Below, piece by piece: positions 41,701 to 55,670 of a DNA stretch of 64,000 nucleotides. Location of the stretch: assembly GCF_018977255.1 (NCBI RefSeq), contig NW_024704796.1:124001-188000 (forward strand), in the 5' to 3' direction. Numbering within the stretch: the stretch's first letter is position 1; each line of letters starts with the position of its first letter. The stretch comes from Callorhinchus milii (lineage: Eukaryota). The position numbers and the translations under genes were made by a program. Below the pieces are notes generated by a model, which made no database searches, was not told where the DNA came from, and saw only the letters and a list, made by a program, of their open reading frames with translations.

Positions 41701-44700
41701 TCGCTTAACTCCTGTTCCTACATAAAGATATAACAATGATAATGCTTGCATTTGATATAATCCTTTTCACATCTTCTCGACATATATAAGATATGATAGC
41801 TACTTGTGCATTGATCCCACAAACAATCATACAGTGAATGATCAATTTATCTGTAGGATTGTACACTGGGTACACAGGTGTGTGGAGTAAGGAAACTTGC
41901 CCAACATTTTGCATTGGTAGGAATCAAACCCAGGTCCTCTCGCTTGCAAGGATAGTGCTCTAAGCTACCTGACTCCATTTTGACAATGTGATTAGGCGTG
42001 CTATGAAATGCAAGTTTATATCGTGTCATGGCACTCCAATCATCCACGTGTAGAAGACCCAGATATCAGTAAAAGAGATGTCAAATCCTCACTTCAATCT
42101 GAGGCTTTAGCTGAGTGTTGAATGGTGGGCGCATTGCGATTGCTAGGGTCCCTGAACATGAAGAGTAGATGATGAGGACACAAGGCGGCAGGAGATTGCA
42201 GGGTTGGGAGGGGCAAGTTCATGAAGAGATTTTAAAACGTGGGTGAGTATTTTGAAGTTGATTTGCTAAGGAACTGGAATCCAGGACTTCAGATGAAACA
42301 TTAAACCAAAGTCCCGTCTGTCTGTTCAACTTAATGTTAAAGATCCCCTTTGTAAAAAGAAGTGGCTTCCAGTGTCCTAGTCAACAATCCCCCTGATAAA
42401 ATCGGTCATTCACTACATGGCTGTGTGTGGGACATTTCTGTGCGCAAATTTGTTTGCCTGAAAATACTGTCACTACAGTAAAATACTACAAAGCACTTTG
42501 AGACATTTTGACAATGTGATAAGACGCAATATGAAATGCAAGGATTATATTGTTATGTCCAAGTCATCAATGTATATTGTAAAATGCAGTGTGTATCCAA
42601 TTTGGGTGTAAATCACATCAAAAGCCAGAAACCAGAGTTGTGCTCACCTGAAGTTTAGCCTCAAAACTGAAGGCAATAACGTTTCTCAGGAAATTAGATT
42701 ATTTGCAGGAACCTGTTCCATTCTGATAACAGGACAAGCTCTGCACAAAGAATCCTCCTTTCAGCAAACCACAGTTTTGATCTCAAAATCTGATATGATG
42801 TCTCCGCACAGACATGGCTTGGATCTCCTTTGAAATCAGTGACTCATTTTTCATACAATCCATGACGTGGTCCAGCATCTCATCCCTGCTTTGAGGCTGA
42901 GTGCGAGTGTTGGGGCCCGGGGATCACAGATGATTCCCACCATCAGCCTGGCTCAGTTGGTAGCACTCGCACTTCGAAGTCAGAAGGTTGTGGGTTCATG
43001 CCTTAGGTCAGGACTTGAAATCACATTATTGAAGCTGAGCTGTTTACCAGGAAGCTCGCAGGGAATTCCTGGTACCTTCCCCCCACCTAGTGAGGTCGCA
43101 AACCTGAGCTTGTTGAATGTCAAATGATCAACTGGAGATTGTCCTCGGTGGGGGGGAGGGTGGGGGGCGAATGTAAGATGGGTCCCCTAGGAGCTGAATT
43201 GTGCATGGTAACACAATAACACAATGTCGGAGTTGATTCAACCCACTTTGGTGGGTAGTTTCTGAGCCATAAGGGTCCTGTAGGTCTCCAGGCAAGTTAG
43301 CCCGGCTCATCGGCAGGCCTTGGAGGGGCAGACCAGTCACTGGAGATGGGGATTCTTCCCAACAGAGAAAGCTCTCGATGGCAAGCTATATGGTTTTACT
43401 TGGTTAGACTCCAGCAGTTACCCCAACTCACACTAAGGTTCTGAGGTCTTGTCAACTGGCCTCTAATAAGCTCCAGAGTCAGGTAAGCAGGATATTTCCC
43501 TCCAGACATGTGTAGGTGAGATACATATGTGGAACTCTCAGTCTGGTTTAGGTCCGATTAAAAGTGGTGATGGGTTTCCATGTGATGATTGTATCTGAAC
43601 TGATGTGAATTCAATTCTCTGCTGACAGGAGGAAGCACAACCACACGAGAGAGATCACTGCACATTCCACAGCTGTGAGAGATCCAAAGAAAACACAATT
43701 CATCAAATGTTTTGGTCAGGACCGGGGTCAGCGGTTCTCAGAACTTGGTCCTGGATTTATCAAGCAACCAATAAATGGCTCTTAAATGGGCAAGGTCATG
43801 GTCATGACCAGCCTGTGACAGTTTGGTAGACACTCTCTGTCTTCCTGCTCCATACACCAAAGCTTTGCAAACCCCAAACCCCAATCCAACAAAGACTGTA
43901 AAACCATGGAAATTTACAGCTCGGAAGAAGGTTGCACAGCCCATCGTGTCCCTCCCCCACTGGCCGTTCAGTAAATATTCTTCCCAAACATTTCACACAC
44001 TGTCAGACTGCTAGTCAAGGTACAGACCGCTGGCACAGTGATATGGGACAGTGTGTGTAGGGACAATATCGTGAGGATAGAGCCCTGTGTATTCAGCGTG
44101 AGGGTGCAGTCCTGTGTAAACACAGATGGTGCACAAATACAAGTAGTTGTTGAATGTCAGGTTAGTGAAAAATGGACACTCAGCGGGTCAGTTTCATGCC
44201 ACAAATGCTTATCAGATAAACTCCTATCAGATTGTCTCCAAGTTGTTAATGGTTGGTGTTTAGGAAACTCTTTTATCTCCTGATAAAGTGCCTGAGGGTT
44301 AAGTACAGGAAGCTTGTTTGGGGCAGGATTACAGGAATCTACAGTGGGTTTATAAACACATTGCTGTGTGTGCGTGCGGGCAGAGAGGAGGGGCCGAACA
44401 TGTGAGTGCCAGAGAACACAGCACTGGGCGAGGCACAACACAGCTCCAGGGCAAGGAATATTGCTTGCCACAGGCTTGTGTTGCCTGTCTGAACCAGTTA
44501 GAATCACAGCAGGCACACTCGTCTGTGTTTACCGGTGTTTAGTTAAAACACATCCTTGAGCTTATTGCCTTACTGTGTTGGAGAGGCAACAACAAATTAC
44601 ATTTGTATAGAGCCTTTCATGTCATAGGACACCCCCAAGGTGATGGGCAGTCACGGATTTGGACCTGAGCCGGGTGTTGGTATCAGGAGGGGTTGAGGGT

Positions 44701-45630
44701 AGAGGTAGAAGGGTGACCAAAGGCGTGGTCGAAGAGGTTAGCATATACTGCATATAGTATATACAGGTTAGTATTTATAGGGAGGCCAAGGTAAAATGTG
44801 CCCTGTCACATAGAAAGTCCAGGATTTGATTGGGAAAATTCCAGGTGGTTATTTTGTAAAGGAATCAAGTGAAACTGCAAGCTCACACTTGCATAAAAGG
44901 GTGGTGGGTAGGAATGCTCGTTCGTCCTCCCCAAGCACTGCCACCTGTTCCAGGTGTTCAGGGCTGTCTGCTCAGGTGGCTGTTAAAGATCCCGCGCAAT
45001 ATTTAAAAAATTATGAGAGTTTCTCCCAGGTTCCTGGTCAACAATCCTCCACTTAAAATTGGTCATTCCTTTCCTGGCTGTTTGTAGGACATTTTCACCT
45101 ATAAAACACGCAGTCACTGCATTTTATGATAATCCTGTGAAGTGTTTTGAGACGTCTCAAAGACAATGATATAATGCTGAATCGATTGGATGGATAATTA
45201 TTATTATTTAGTGGCCAATTTGTTTTGGTCATCCAGATCTCCGACAAGTGGAAACCCATCACCATGCTTAAGAGTATCCAAACCTGACAGTTCCATGCAT
45301 CCCACCTACACGTGGAAATCCCAGAGATGTTTGTGTCTCACTCAGCTCCTGTTAACCCTGCAAACCGAAGCACCAGTGGGTAAGGTGGTCCTCAATGGTC
45401 AAGCAGCAGGAAAGGTTGCCAGTAAGTTTGCTATCGATCAGTTGTTAGCTGGTTAGACTCCAGTAGTTACCCCAGCGCACACTCTGGGTTCCCCTAGCCT
45501 TGGCTCTTGCCATCCTGTCCCTAATAATTTCTGGAATTAGGTAAGCAGGATGAATCCTTTCAAGCAGAGAGTGCGCATTCCATTCCAACAATTTATCTCT
45601 GGACTTTCGATGTCCGGCATGCAATTCTCA

Positions 45631-45821
45631 AAAGGCAAAATACTGCACATGCTGGAAATCTGAAATAAAAACAGGAGTCACTGGGAACACTCAGCAGGTC
45701 AGGCAGCATCTATTGAGAGGAAAATTAGTTAACGTTTCTGGTTGATAACCTTACATCATTTTCCACTCTCCATCGATGCTGCCTGACCTGCTGTGTGTCC
45801 CCTGCGATTTCTGTTTTTATT
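45631..45821. mobile_element. Palindromic Penelope-associated terminal repeat nested in the unclassified repeat
   Basis: Arms ataaaaacagg..cagcaggtcaggcagcatc / gatgctgcctgacctgctg..ctgtttttat; flanked by an aattctca duplication. Confidence 0.65.
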
Positions 45822-48048
45822 ATGGAAATTCTCAGTTTGGTTTGGAGACTCTTAAGCATGGTGATGGGCTTCCGCATGTGTCAGACACTCAAAATGTGTC
45901 AGGCTGGCCAATAAAAATTACTGCTTGTCCCACGCTGTCTTTCTCGGTCTGTGACCCCTACACCCAGGCTGTGGCACACGGACCACAGCCACAAGGATTC
46001 GCTTCCGAGATGAAGACACTCAGTCAAACAAATTATGCATCACAGAGTTGGAAATTCCCATCAATGAATTACTCTGGATTGTTGATGGAGAGGCAGAATC
46101 CTGGTGTGACCTTTGTGAGTTCCATGGTTATTGTAGACAGCAGCGATGGGCAGGAAACACTGAGCCCCAGGCCAGCAGAATTCCCAACCGCAGTCTTTAA
46201 CCTCTGGCTGAGCTGAAAGCAATCATTAACCTTGTGACTCTGAGAATGCAAGGAATTCCCATTTCTTTTCATTAGAATTGTCTGTCCCGGGAGAGAAAGA
46301 GAGGAAAAGAAACAGAGGGAGACAGAGAAAGAATGAGAGAGACAGACAGAGAGAAGGAATAAGAGACCGAGAGAAGAATGAGAGAGAGAAAGAGAAGGAA
46401 CTAATTTCACTAGTTCTGGGATTGTTATTCTTTATTTTATACTGTTGATTTTTTATTGCTCAGGGATCTCAGGTGCGAGTCTGTGGGTTCAAGCAGCTGA
46501 GGTGTGGTGCAGATGTTAGTGAATTTTCCTATTGTGGGTCCCAAAATGGGCAGGTTTGGCAGCTCCAGATTAGGTAAAAGACTCCTCTGCTCCCAAATAT
46601 GTCTTATTGCAAACGTTAAAAGTGAGACCCCTACGTGTAAAATGTAAACATAAATTAAATAATAAACATAATCCGGCCACTCAATCCACGAATGTTTGTG
46701 GGACGCTGTTATGCACAATTAGCTGCTGTGTTTCGCCCACAAAATATACGGTCAATTCACTTTACAGCCTATTCTGTGAAACGCTTTGCGACGTCTCGAC
46801 AACTTGATAAGGTGCTGAATCAAATGCAAGGATTAGTATTATTATTATTTTCCCGTTTCCTACATCTGTGTCCCGGGGCCTCTCTGAGTGTGTAATTCAG
46901 GGCAATTTTGACTTGGCCTGTCCAGGCGCCTTGGGATTTCCTCCCGATGTGAAAAGCACTACATAAATGGAAATGTGTTGTTGTTGGATGTATTCTTCTG
47001 CGTTTCCTATCTTCATCCCATTTATCCGCAGTAACCGCTTTGGTCATCTCTCCAACAGAGACCTTCTGTGAAATCACTTCTCTGTAACACGGCCTGGAAC
47101 AGAGGTAGAAACTGGGGAAAGTGCTGCTGTTTGGTTAGAAGGCAATACAGAGAGGCTTTGTGAAGTGAGAACGTAACCTCCTGTGACTGAACACTGCTGT
47201 GTTATACAGATCGAGTGTGCAGCACCATTAATCACAGCCCAGACTCCAAAACACACCAGTTGTAGGTGAGAACTTTGGACTCACACAAACTGCTGTCTCA
47301 GCCCTCACCCACAGGCCTGTGACCTGCAATCCCGCAATCCCTTTCCCCCCCCACCCCACTCCAAGTTCTCTGACTGATCCCCGAGCTACTGTTTCCATGG
47401 TGATGATCCAAAAACACATCAAGAGCAAATCATGCAAAACACCAAAACTAAGGTATGATCACACTGGGGTCGGTGTGATACCGGCAGCCTGAGCCAGTGC
47501 CAGGGGACTGTGTGTGATTAGTGAAGTCTTTCCCTTATCAGACTGGGAATTATTAATGAGGCAGTGTTCAATGCAGTAGACACTTGGACACAGGCAAACG
47601 TTCACACACCGAGACTCTCACACCCAGACAGTGACACCTAGATACTGAGACACACACATAATAATAATAATAATCCTTGCATTTGATATAGTGCCTTATC
47701 ATGTCTTCGAGACGTCTCAAAGTGCTTCACAGAATATACTGTTAAGTGAATTGACTGTATATTTTATGGGTGAAATGCAGCAGCCAATTGTGCACATACA
47801 CAAAGATACCAACGCAAAGAGATACCAAGACACTGACATACACACATAACAGATACTGACACACTATCAGACACCAACACAGATACACACGTGCACAGAT
47901 ACTCATACACAGAGACAACAACATTCACACAGACACTGAGGCACACACATACACACAAAGACATTGAGATACTGACACATTCTCACACCAGGACGATATT
48001 CAGGTGGCCAACATCTGGCTCTGAATGGCTGGGAGCTGCACCACCTTT

Positions 48049-48368
48049 ATAATAATAATAATCCTTGCATTTGATATAGCGCTTTTCACGTCGGGAGGAC
48101 GTCCCAAAGCGCTTCACAGAACACACTGTAAAGTAAATTGACTGTATATTTGTGGGCGAACGCGGAAGCCAATTGCGCACAGCAATGTCCCACAAACAGT
48201 CATGGATTGAAAATGACCAATTTATTATTGTTTTTGGTTTTGGAGGGATTATTATTAGGCTCTGTGTGGAGTAAGGAAACTTGCCCAAGGTTTCGCCCTC
48301 TGCCTGGAATTGAACTCAGGTCTCTCACTTGCAAAGCAAGTACTCTAATCACTGAGCTACAGGACTCC
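48049..48368 (-). mobile_element. Full-length young tRNA-Ala-headed SINE
   Basis: Near-identical to 55671-55990; ggagctgcac occurs on both flanks (possible TSD). Confidence 0.93.
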
Positions 48369-50659
48369 AATTGGAGGAGCTGCACTTTTAACGTGTCTGA
48401 GGAAAGGGGGTCTTTAAGACGAACTGCAAGTGGTAGAGTTCTTTAAAGTGGCATTGCATGGTGTGCTGGGTCCCATTGCAGTCGTTTGCAGGTAGACTGG
48501 TTTCTCTGGGTGAGGTGCCACTTAAAACAGATTGAAAAAGGCAGGTACTGAACTTGTGATCCAGGTGCGAGCAGTGATTTAGATTAATCATTGACAAGAA
48601 ATGCTAGCGTTACCTGGTGAGCTGATAGCTGTTTAGTTCCTGGGGCATTGGGCTGATCAGCACAGTGCCGAGAAACATCTGGGAGCCTCAGAACCCCTCA
48701 ATAAGAGACAAGCTTTAAAAAAGGGACATTTGGCCCTTGGAGTCTTCTATGTTATAAAGTCAATGGCAACTCGTTAGTTAGATTTCTCTGCCTTTGCTCC
48801 GTTTCCTTTAATATCCTTCCTTACCAGGTAGCTCTCTCGAATACCTCGATCAGCTCTATATCTAATTGGGTGAAGGTGAGTCAGGGCAGAGTCTGAGGGG
48901 CAATCATAAGCATCAGCAGCACAGATGCCTGTTTGCAAAAGCTGAGAAGCCTTTACAAGTCACAGCTTGAAGGAACCTACGGAGAGGAGCACTTAAGTGT
49001 TAAAGTAAGCACTTCAATCAAGTACTTGAGCAGAAAAAGAGCCACAGACTTGCTGCTTGTCAACGCACGCCTCAGGTAAGGGAGACTGTTATCTCGACAG
49101 TACGCTTGCCTGACCTCACTGAAATATTCACTATTTATTGCAGAATGTTTTTAAACCACGCTGAATAGATTTGACACTTTTTTTTAAGATTTCTAGTATT
49201 TCAGAGGTTCAGTCAGGACGACGGTAACTCATTTCGTTTTCTACAATAATCTCTGCCTCCTTTTTTGGAGGATCAGTCAGGTGTCTGACACATGCGGAAA
49301 CCCATCACCGTTGCTTAAGAGTATCCAAACCCAACTGAGAATTCCATCCATCCCACCTACAAGTGGAAATTCCAGAGATGGATTGTTTGAATGGCTAAAT
49401 CACTTTATGTTGCAGAAAGTGATAGAAAGCGAGTGCTTTGCAGCTTTTCAGAGCTGCAGAAACAGCTCCTCCAAACAAATTGTGAATCACGAGCAAATCT
49501 CAAGGATCAAATTCAGGCTGTATTATTCTGATGAGTTACAATGGGAAAGAGCAAGGAAATGGGACGAGAGAACTCCAAGGGAGGGTGGGAGCGAGGGGAG
49601 CGAGGACTGGCACAGACGCAATGAGGAACGAGCCGGGGGAATGGGATTAGAGTAGAGAGCTCCAATGGGAGAGTGAGCACTAGCAAATGGTGCTTGTTCT
49701 GACACTTGTTCCTTGGAGGATTTACAATAATCTTTGCATCTGATTTGGTGGGTTTTATGAGGAGATAAAACATATCCATATCGGTAAACTGCAGAATTGA
49801 AGCTCAATGGTGGTAGAATTAAGAAAAGAAAACACACCTAAATGATAAAACGATAAGCAAAGGAACCCTGGTGTGTTGTTACACAGCTCACTAAAGATGG
49901 CAGCACAAGTGATCATAAACAGGTCAATGGGATCCTTGGTTTTATATCCAGAGGCAGAGAGAATGATAAGCTTGTACAAGACTGGTTGGGCCACAATAAT
50001 AATAATAATAATTGCCTTTGATACAGCGCCTTAGCATGTTGTTGAGACGTCTAAAAACGCTTCACAGAATATCCTGTAAAGTGAATTGACTGTACTTTGT
50101 GGGCAAAACCTGGCAGCCAATTGTGTACAGTTTGATTGTAGTTTTTTGGGGGGCACCCCATTGTAGGAAGCAAATGAAAAGGGTGCTGTGTAGATTCACT
50201 AGGATTTTACCCAGAGCTGACCTCACTTTAATTATGAAGGGAGACTTGGGAAGGTTCTATCTGTTTTCACTAGTCAAAGAGATGGTAAAAGAGTGAGCTG
50301 ATGGAGGGCCTCACGATTATGAAGGTTTGGTGATTGGGTAAAGAGTAGATTATTCCGCTGGTCGGAAACAACACGGCACAAAACAGATGTGAGCTCTGTT
50401 TACCCCTCAGCCCTGAGGAAGGAAATTAACTTTTCTCAAGGTATTGTGGTTCTCTTGATTCTCTGCACATGTTGTTGCCATAGCAATGGGAGCTGTTAGC
50501 CATATTAATGAGCAGATTAGAGAGGAACTGGGAACACAGTCTAATCAGAAAAAATCTTTGCCCAACACAAAGCAAACTGATAGTGAAGTGCTGATGACTG
50601 GAGGTGCAATCTCCTGTGGAAGGTGAATGAATACTGGAGCCTTTGGTACAGGGATTGTC

Positions 50660-51390
50660 ATGGTAACCATATCCTCCTGGGGAAGGGAGGTAAGTGGGGT
50701 CTCCTTGGGGCTGAACTGGCTCCAAGGTGACGTGTTTAGCAATAAAATATTGAAATCGAGTCAGCCCTCTGTGTCAGTCTTGGTAGTCCGTTTCCTGAGC
50801 CAGGTGGGTCTGCAGTATTCCAGGGCACTGCTGATGACAGCACAGCCCAGCCTGGCACAGTGGCAAGATTTGGAAGGGCAAACCAGTCACTGGGGGCAGG
50901 GAATCATTCCCTCAGCCTTTGTTAACCTGTAAATCAAAGCTGGAATGGGTAGGGTGGTCCTAGCTGGTCAAGCAGTGGGAAAGCTTGCCAGACAGTGCTG
51001 TTGATGGTTAGTCTCCATCAGTACCCCAATGCCTTGGCTTGGCTCTTGCCAACTTGTGTGTGTAACCAGCTAAAACCGTACTGTCTGGCAAGCTTTCCTG
51101 TTGCTTGTCCAGCTCGGACCACCTACCCGTTAGGGCTTTGGCTGCAGGGTTAACAGTAGCTGAGTGGGAGGAGACCCTGTCCCCAGTGACTGGTCTGTCC
51201 CGCTGATGAGCCAGTCTGTCTGTGCTGTCATCAGCAGTGCCCTGTAATCCCGCAAACCCGCCTGGTTCAGGAACTGGACTGCCACAGAGAGCTGGCTCGA
51301 TTCTGACATTCCATTGCCAAACATGCCACCTTGGAGCCAGTTCAGCTCCAAACAGATCCCACTTACCTCCTCCCCAAGGAGGATAGTCAA
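50660..51390. repeat. Large imperfect inverted repeat made of two copies of the unclassified repeat
   Basis: Arm ~50670-51010 is the reverse complement of ~51064-51385 (e.g. agggcactgctgatgacagcacag / ctgtgctgtcatcagcagtgccct). Confidence 0.85.
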
Positions 51391-51944
51391 GGTGTGTTTG
51401 TGTGAGGTGGGGGGCAGGTTAGTATAACATAAATCTGTCCCCCTCGGTCTGCTGCCGGAATGCAATCCACAGCTGGGAGCAACTCAGCAGAGAAAATGTG
51501 GAGCTGCTGTAACAGGCTTTTGGAGCTCAGCATCCTGGGCAGGTCTGCCTTGAGGCAGTGGTGTCCAACTTGTATGCTGACACTGATCCAGGCTCTGTCC
51601 AGCACAGCTCCGCTCACAATAGCCGGTGATCAGCCCTGGGGCTGATGAGCTCCCCACAAGGAGATGCCGAACAGCAGACAGGTGCTGTAACCCCTGACAC
51701 AGGCTCAACTGAATGCGTGTTTGTAATGAGAGGATAATTAGCCCTGGAGCCTGATTACAGTGTCATCTCCACACTGTCTGATGGGTTTCAGTCTGTCAGC
51801 TTCGGAAAATTCTGTGCATTGATCTAAAGGGACTTCCTGTTGTAATGAGATGTGGATTTAATAATAATCCTTATCATGTTGTCAATACGTCTCAAGGACT
51901 TCACGGGATATATTTTAAAGTATACAATGTAATTAGGAATATTC

Positions 51945-54900
51945 CAGAAAAATGAGGGATTAGTCGGGGGAGAAATGCAGAACAGACTCAGTCGATCTTG
52001 GAGTACATGTGCGTAAATGCACGGAGTGTGACAAATAAGGTTGGTGAGCTGCGGCTCAAGTTGCCACATGGGGTAATGATGTAGTGGCAATAACGGAGAC
52101 TTGGCTCAAACAAGGGCAGGAATGGGAGCTGAATATCTCAGGCTACAATGTATTCAGGAGGGTTAGGGAAGGAAAAAAAGGAAGGGTGGGTGGCAATATT
52201 GATTAAAGCCACGGTTACGGCCCTGGAAATGGACGATATGGTAGAGGGTCCAAAACCAGAATCGATTTGGTTAGAGCTAAGGAGCAGAAAAGGAGCTGTC
52301 AATCTGTTAGTGTATACTACAGACCATCAAATAGTGGGAAGGAGATAGATGAGCAAATCTGTAGCAGATTTCAGAAAGATGCAAAACCAATAGAGTCGTG
52401 ATAATGGGGGACTTCAATTATCCTAAGATAGACTGGTAAAATAACAATGTAGAGGGCAAGGAGGGGAAAGGATTCCAAAATGTGTACAGGATAACTTTCT
52501 GGATCAGTAGGTTTCCAGCCCAACGAGGAAGGAAGCAGTGCTGGATCTAGTTCTGGGGAATGAAGTGGGGCAAGTGGAGCAGGTTTCTTATGGAAAGTAC
52601 TTATGGAAAGGGACAAGAAACAATCAAAGGTGAAGATATTCAACTGAAAGAGTGCTAATTTCAGTGAGTTAAAAAGGGACCTAGCCAAGATGGACTAGAG
52701 AGAAGGGCAGGTAAAACAGTTAACAAGCAATGGGAATCCTTCAAGATGGTGATAGTTCGGGGACAGAACAAATACATTCCACAAAGGGGAAAGGTAGGGC
52801 ATCCAAACCTCCCTGAATGATGAAGGAAATTGGGATTAAAATAAACAACAACAACAACAAGAAGATTCCATTTATAAAGCGCCTTTCATGTCAGGAGGAC
52901 GTCCCAAGGCGCTGCACAGTTGGGTCATGACCCGAGCAGGGGGGAAATGGTCAGGGGAGGGGAGGGAGCGAGGAGGGGGGAAATGGTCAGGGTGAGGGGA
53001 GGGATGGGAGGGAGCGAGAAGGGGGAAGAGAGTCGAGAGGGGAGCTGAGGGCTCGGCTTAAACATAAAACAGAAAAAGGAGGCTTATGATAAATGTCAGG
53101 TCCAAAATACAGAAGATAATCAAATAGAATATAGAAAGTACAGAGGAGAACTAAAAAAGGAAATAAGAGGGACAAAGAGATTGTAGGAGAAAAGATTAGC
53201 GGATAATATAAAAGGGAACCCTAAGGTATTTTATAAACATATAAAGAATAAAGGGTTAGTCAAAGATAGTGGGTCCAATTAGGGACCAAAGAGGAAATCT
53301 TCTTGTGGAGGCAGAGGGCGTGGCTGACAGACTGAATGAGTACTTTGATTTGTCTTCACAAAAGAAGAGGATGCAGCCAATGCCACAGTATCGGAGGAGA
53401 GGGTAGAGAAATTGGATAAGTTAAGAATAAACTGAAAGGAGGTAATGAAAAGGTTGTCGGTGCTCAAGGTAGATAAGTCACCCGGTCCGGATGGGATGCA
53501 TCCTAGGGTTAGGGTTCCCTGAGGGAAGTAAGGGTGTAAATAGTGGAGGCTCTGGCCACAATCTTTCAATCCTCCTTGGACACCAGGGTGGTGCCATTGG
53601 ACTGGAGGGTTGCAAATGATACTCCCCTATACAAAAAGGGCAGAAGGATAAACCTGGGAACTACAGGCCAGACAGCCTAACGTCAGTAGTGGAGAAACTT
53701 CTAGAGACTATAATCCGGGACAAAATAAATTTTCACTTAGAAAAATATGGGTCAATAAGGATAGCCAACACGGATTTGTTAAAGGCAAATCATGTCTAAC
53801 AAACCTGATAGAGGTTTTTGATGGAGTAACGGAGAGGGTGGATGAAGGTAGTGCAGTTGATGCAGTTTATATGGATTTTCAAAAGACGTTTGATAAAGTG
53901 CCACATAAGAGACTTGTAGCAAAATAGAAGCCCCGATATTAAAGGGACAGTGGCAGCGGATACAGAACTGTCTGAGAGACAGAGAGCAGAGAGTGTGGTG
54001 AACGGTTGTTTTTCTGACTGGAGGGAAGTGTGCAGTGGTGTCCCCCAGGGATCAGTATTGGGACCACTGCTGTTTGTGATCTATATAAATGACCTGGACT
54101 TGGGTACAGGGAGTACAATTTCCCAGTTTGCAGATGATACTAAGCTGGAAAAGTAGTGAACAGTGAGGAGGATAGTAACAGACTGCAAATGGACATAGAC
54201 AGACTGGTAATGTGGGCAGACACGTGGCAGATGAAGTTTAATGTAGAGAAATGCGAAGTGATGCATTTTGTGAGGAAGAATGAGGAGAGGCAATATAAGC
54301 TGATGGGACAATCCTAAAGGGGGTGAAGGGACAGAGAGACCTGGGGGTCATATAAGGAAATCTTTGAAGTTGGTAGGACAGGGAGATAAAGCTCTTAAAA
54401 AAGCATCCGGGATACTGGGCTTTATAAATAGGGGCACAGAGTACACAAGTCAGGAGGTTATGGTGAACCTTTATATAAAACATTGTTTAGGCCTCAGCTC
54501 GAGACTGTGTTCAGTTCTGGGCACCAATAACAACAACAGCAATAACAAGATTACATTTGTATAGCGCCTTTCAGGTCGGGAGGACGTCCCAAGACGCTGG
54601 ACAGTGTACAGCATTTCAGACTCGCGCTGAGGTCGGGGTGGGGTGGGGGGAAGGGAGGGGATGGGGGGTGACCGATGGCATAGTCGAAGAGGAGGGTCTT
54701 GAGGCGGGACTTGAAGGGAGCGAGGCCGAGTGATTGGGGGATGGAATTCCAGAGGTTGGAGGCAGAGTGGCTGAAGGCTCTCCCACCAATGGTGGGGCGG
54801 GTGGGTCGAGGGATGTGGAGCAGGAAGTTCAGTTTAGGAAGGATGTCAAGGCTTTGGAGAGGGTGCAAAGGAGATTCACCAGGATGGTACCAGGAATGAG

Positions 54901-55340
54901 GAACTTCAGTTATCAGGAGAGACTAGAGAAGCGAGGATTATTCTCCTTCGAACGGGGAAGGTTAAGAGGAGAGTTTATAGAAGTTTTCAAAATTATGAGA
55001 GGATTCAATAGGGTGAACAAGGAGAAACTATGCAGGTGGGTCGGTAACCCGAAGACACCGATTTAAAATAGTTGTTAAAAGAAACAGAGTGGAGGTGAGG
55101 AGAAATGTTTTCACACAGCGAGTTGTTGGGATCTGCAATGCATTGCCTGAAAGGCTGGTGGAAGCCGATTCGATAACAACTTTTAAGAGCGAAGTAGATA
55201 ATTATTTGGGGAGGACAAGTTTGCAGAGCTATGGGGAGAGAGAGGGGGAGTTGGATTGATTTGGAAGCTCTTTTCAAAGAGCCGTCACAGATACGATGGG
55301 CCGAATGGCCTCCTTCTGTGCTGTATAATTCTATGATTCT
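51945..55340 (+). mobile_element. Decayed CR1 LINE covering nearly all of ORF2 (endonuclease + RT), with two nested antisense L2 3' fragments (~52845-53060, ~54527-54831)
   Basis: NARSV..ITETWL endonuclease start, [33 protein letters not shown] and CR1 3' UTR; many stops and frameshifts. Confidence 0.93.
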
Positions 55341-55670
55341 GTGGAGTGCCTGGGTATTTTGTGGGGTGAGACGCAGCAACCAATTACACACAGCAGTGTC
55401 CCACAAACAGCTGTGGAGTGACTGATCAAATTTATTTGGCGGATTATTGGCCAAGTCAGTGGGAGAGAGAAACTCCTTTCTCTTTTCGAATAGCGCCACA
55501 GGATATTTAACGTCCACCTGAACAGGCAAAAGGTGCTGGAAAATCTAAATCGGTGTTAGTCTGTGAGAAAGTACAGTAAGGAAGGGTTGCTGGAGACCAG
55601 CTGGGGAAGAGGTGCTAGGTCGAGAGATCCTGTGCTCTGGTACAGCCTCCCTCCCCCTAACTACACTAGT

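Noticed and set aside
50830-50860. CTGATGA in the unclassified repeat as a hammerhead core
   Set aside because: No stem II followed by GAAA in either copy
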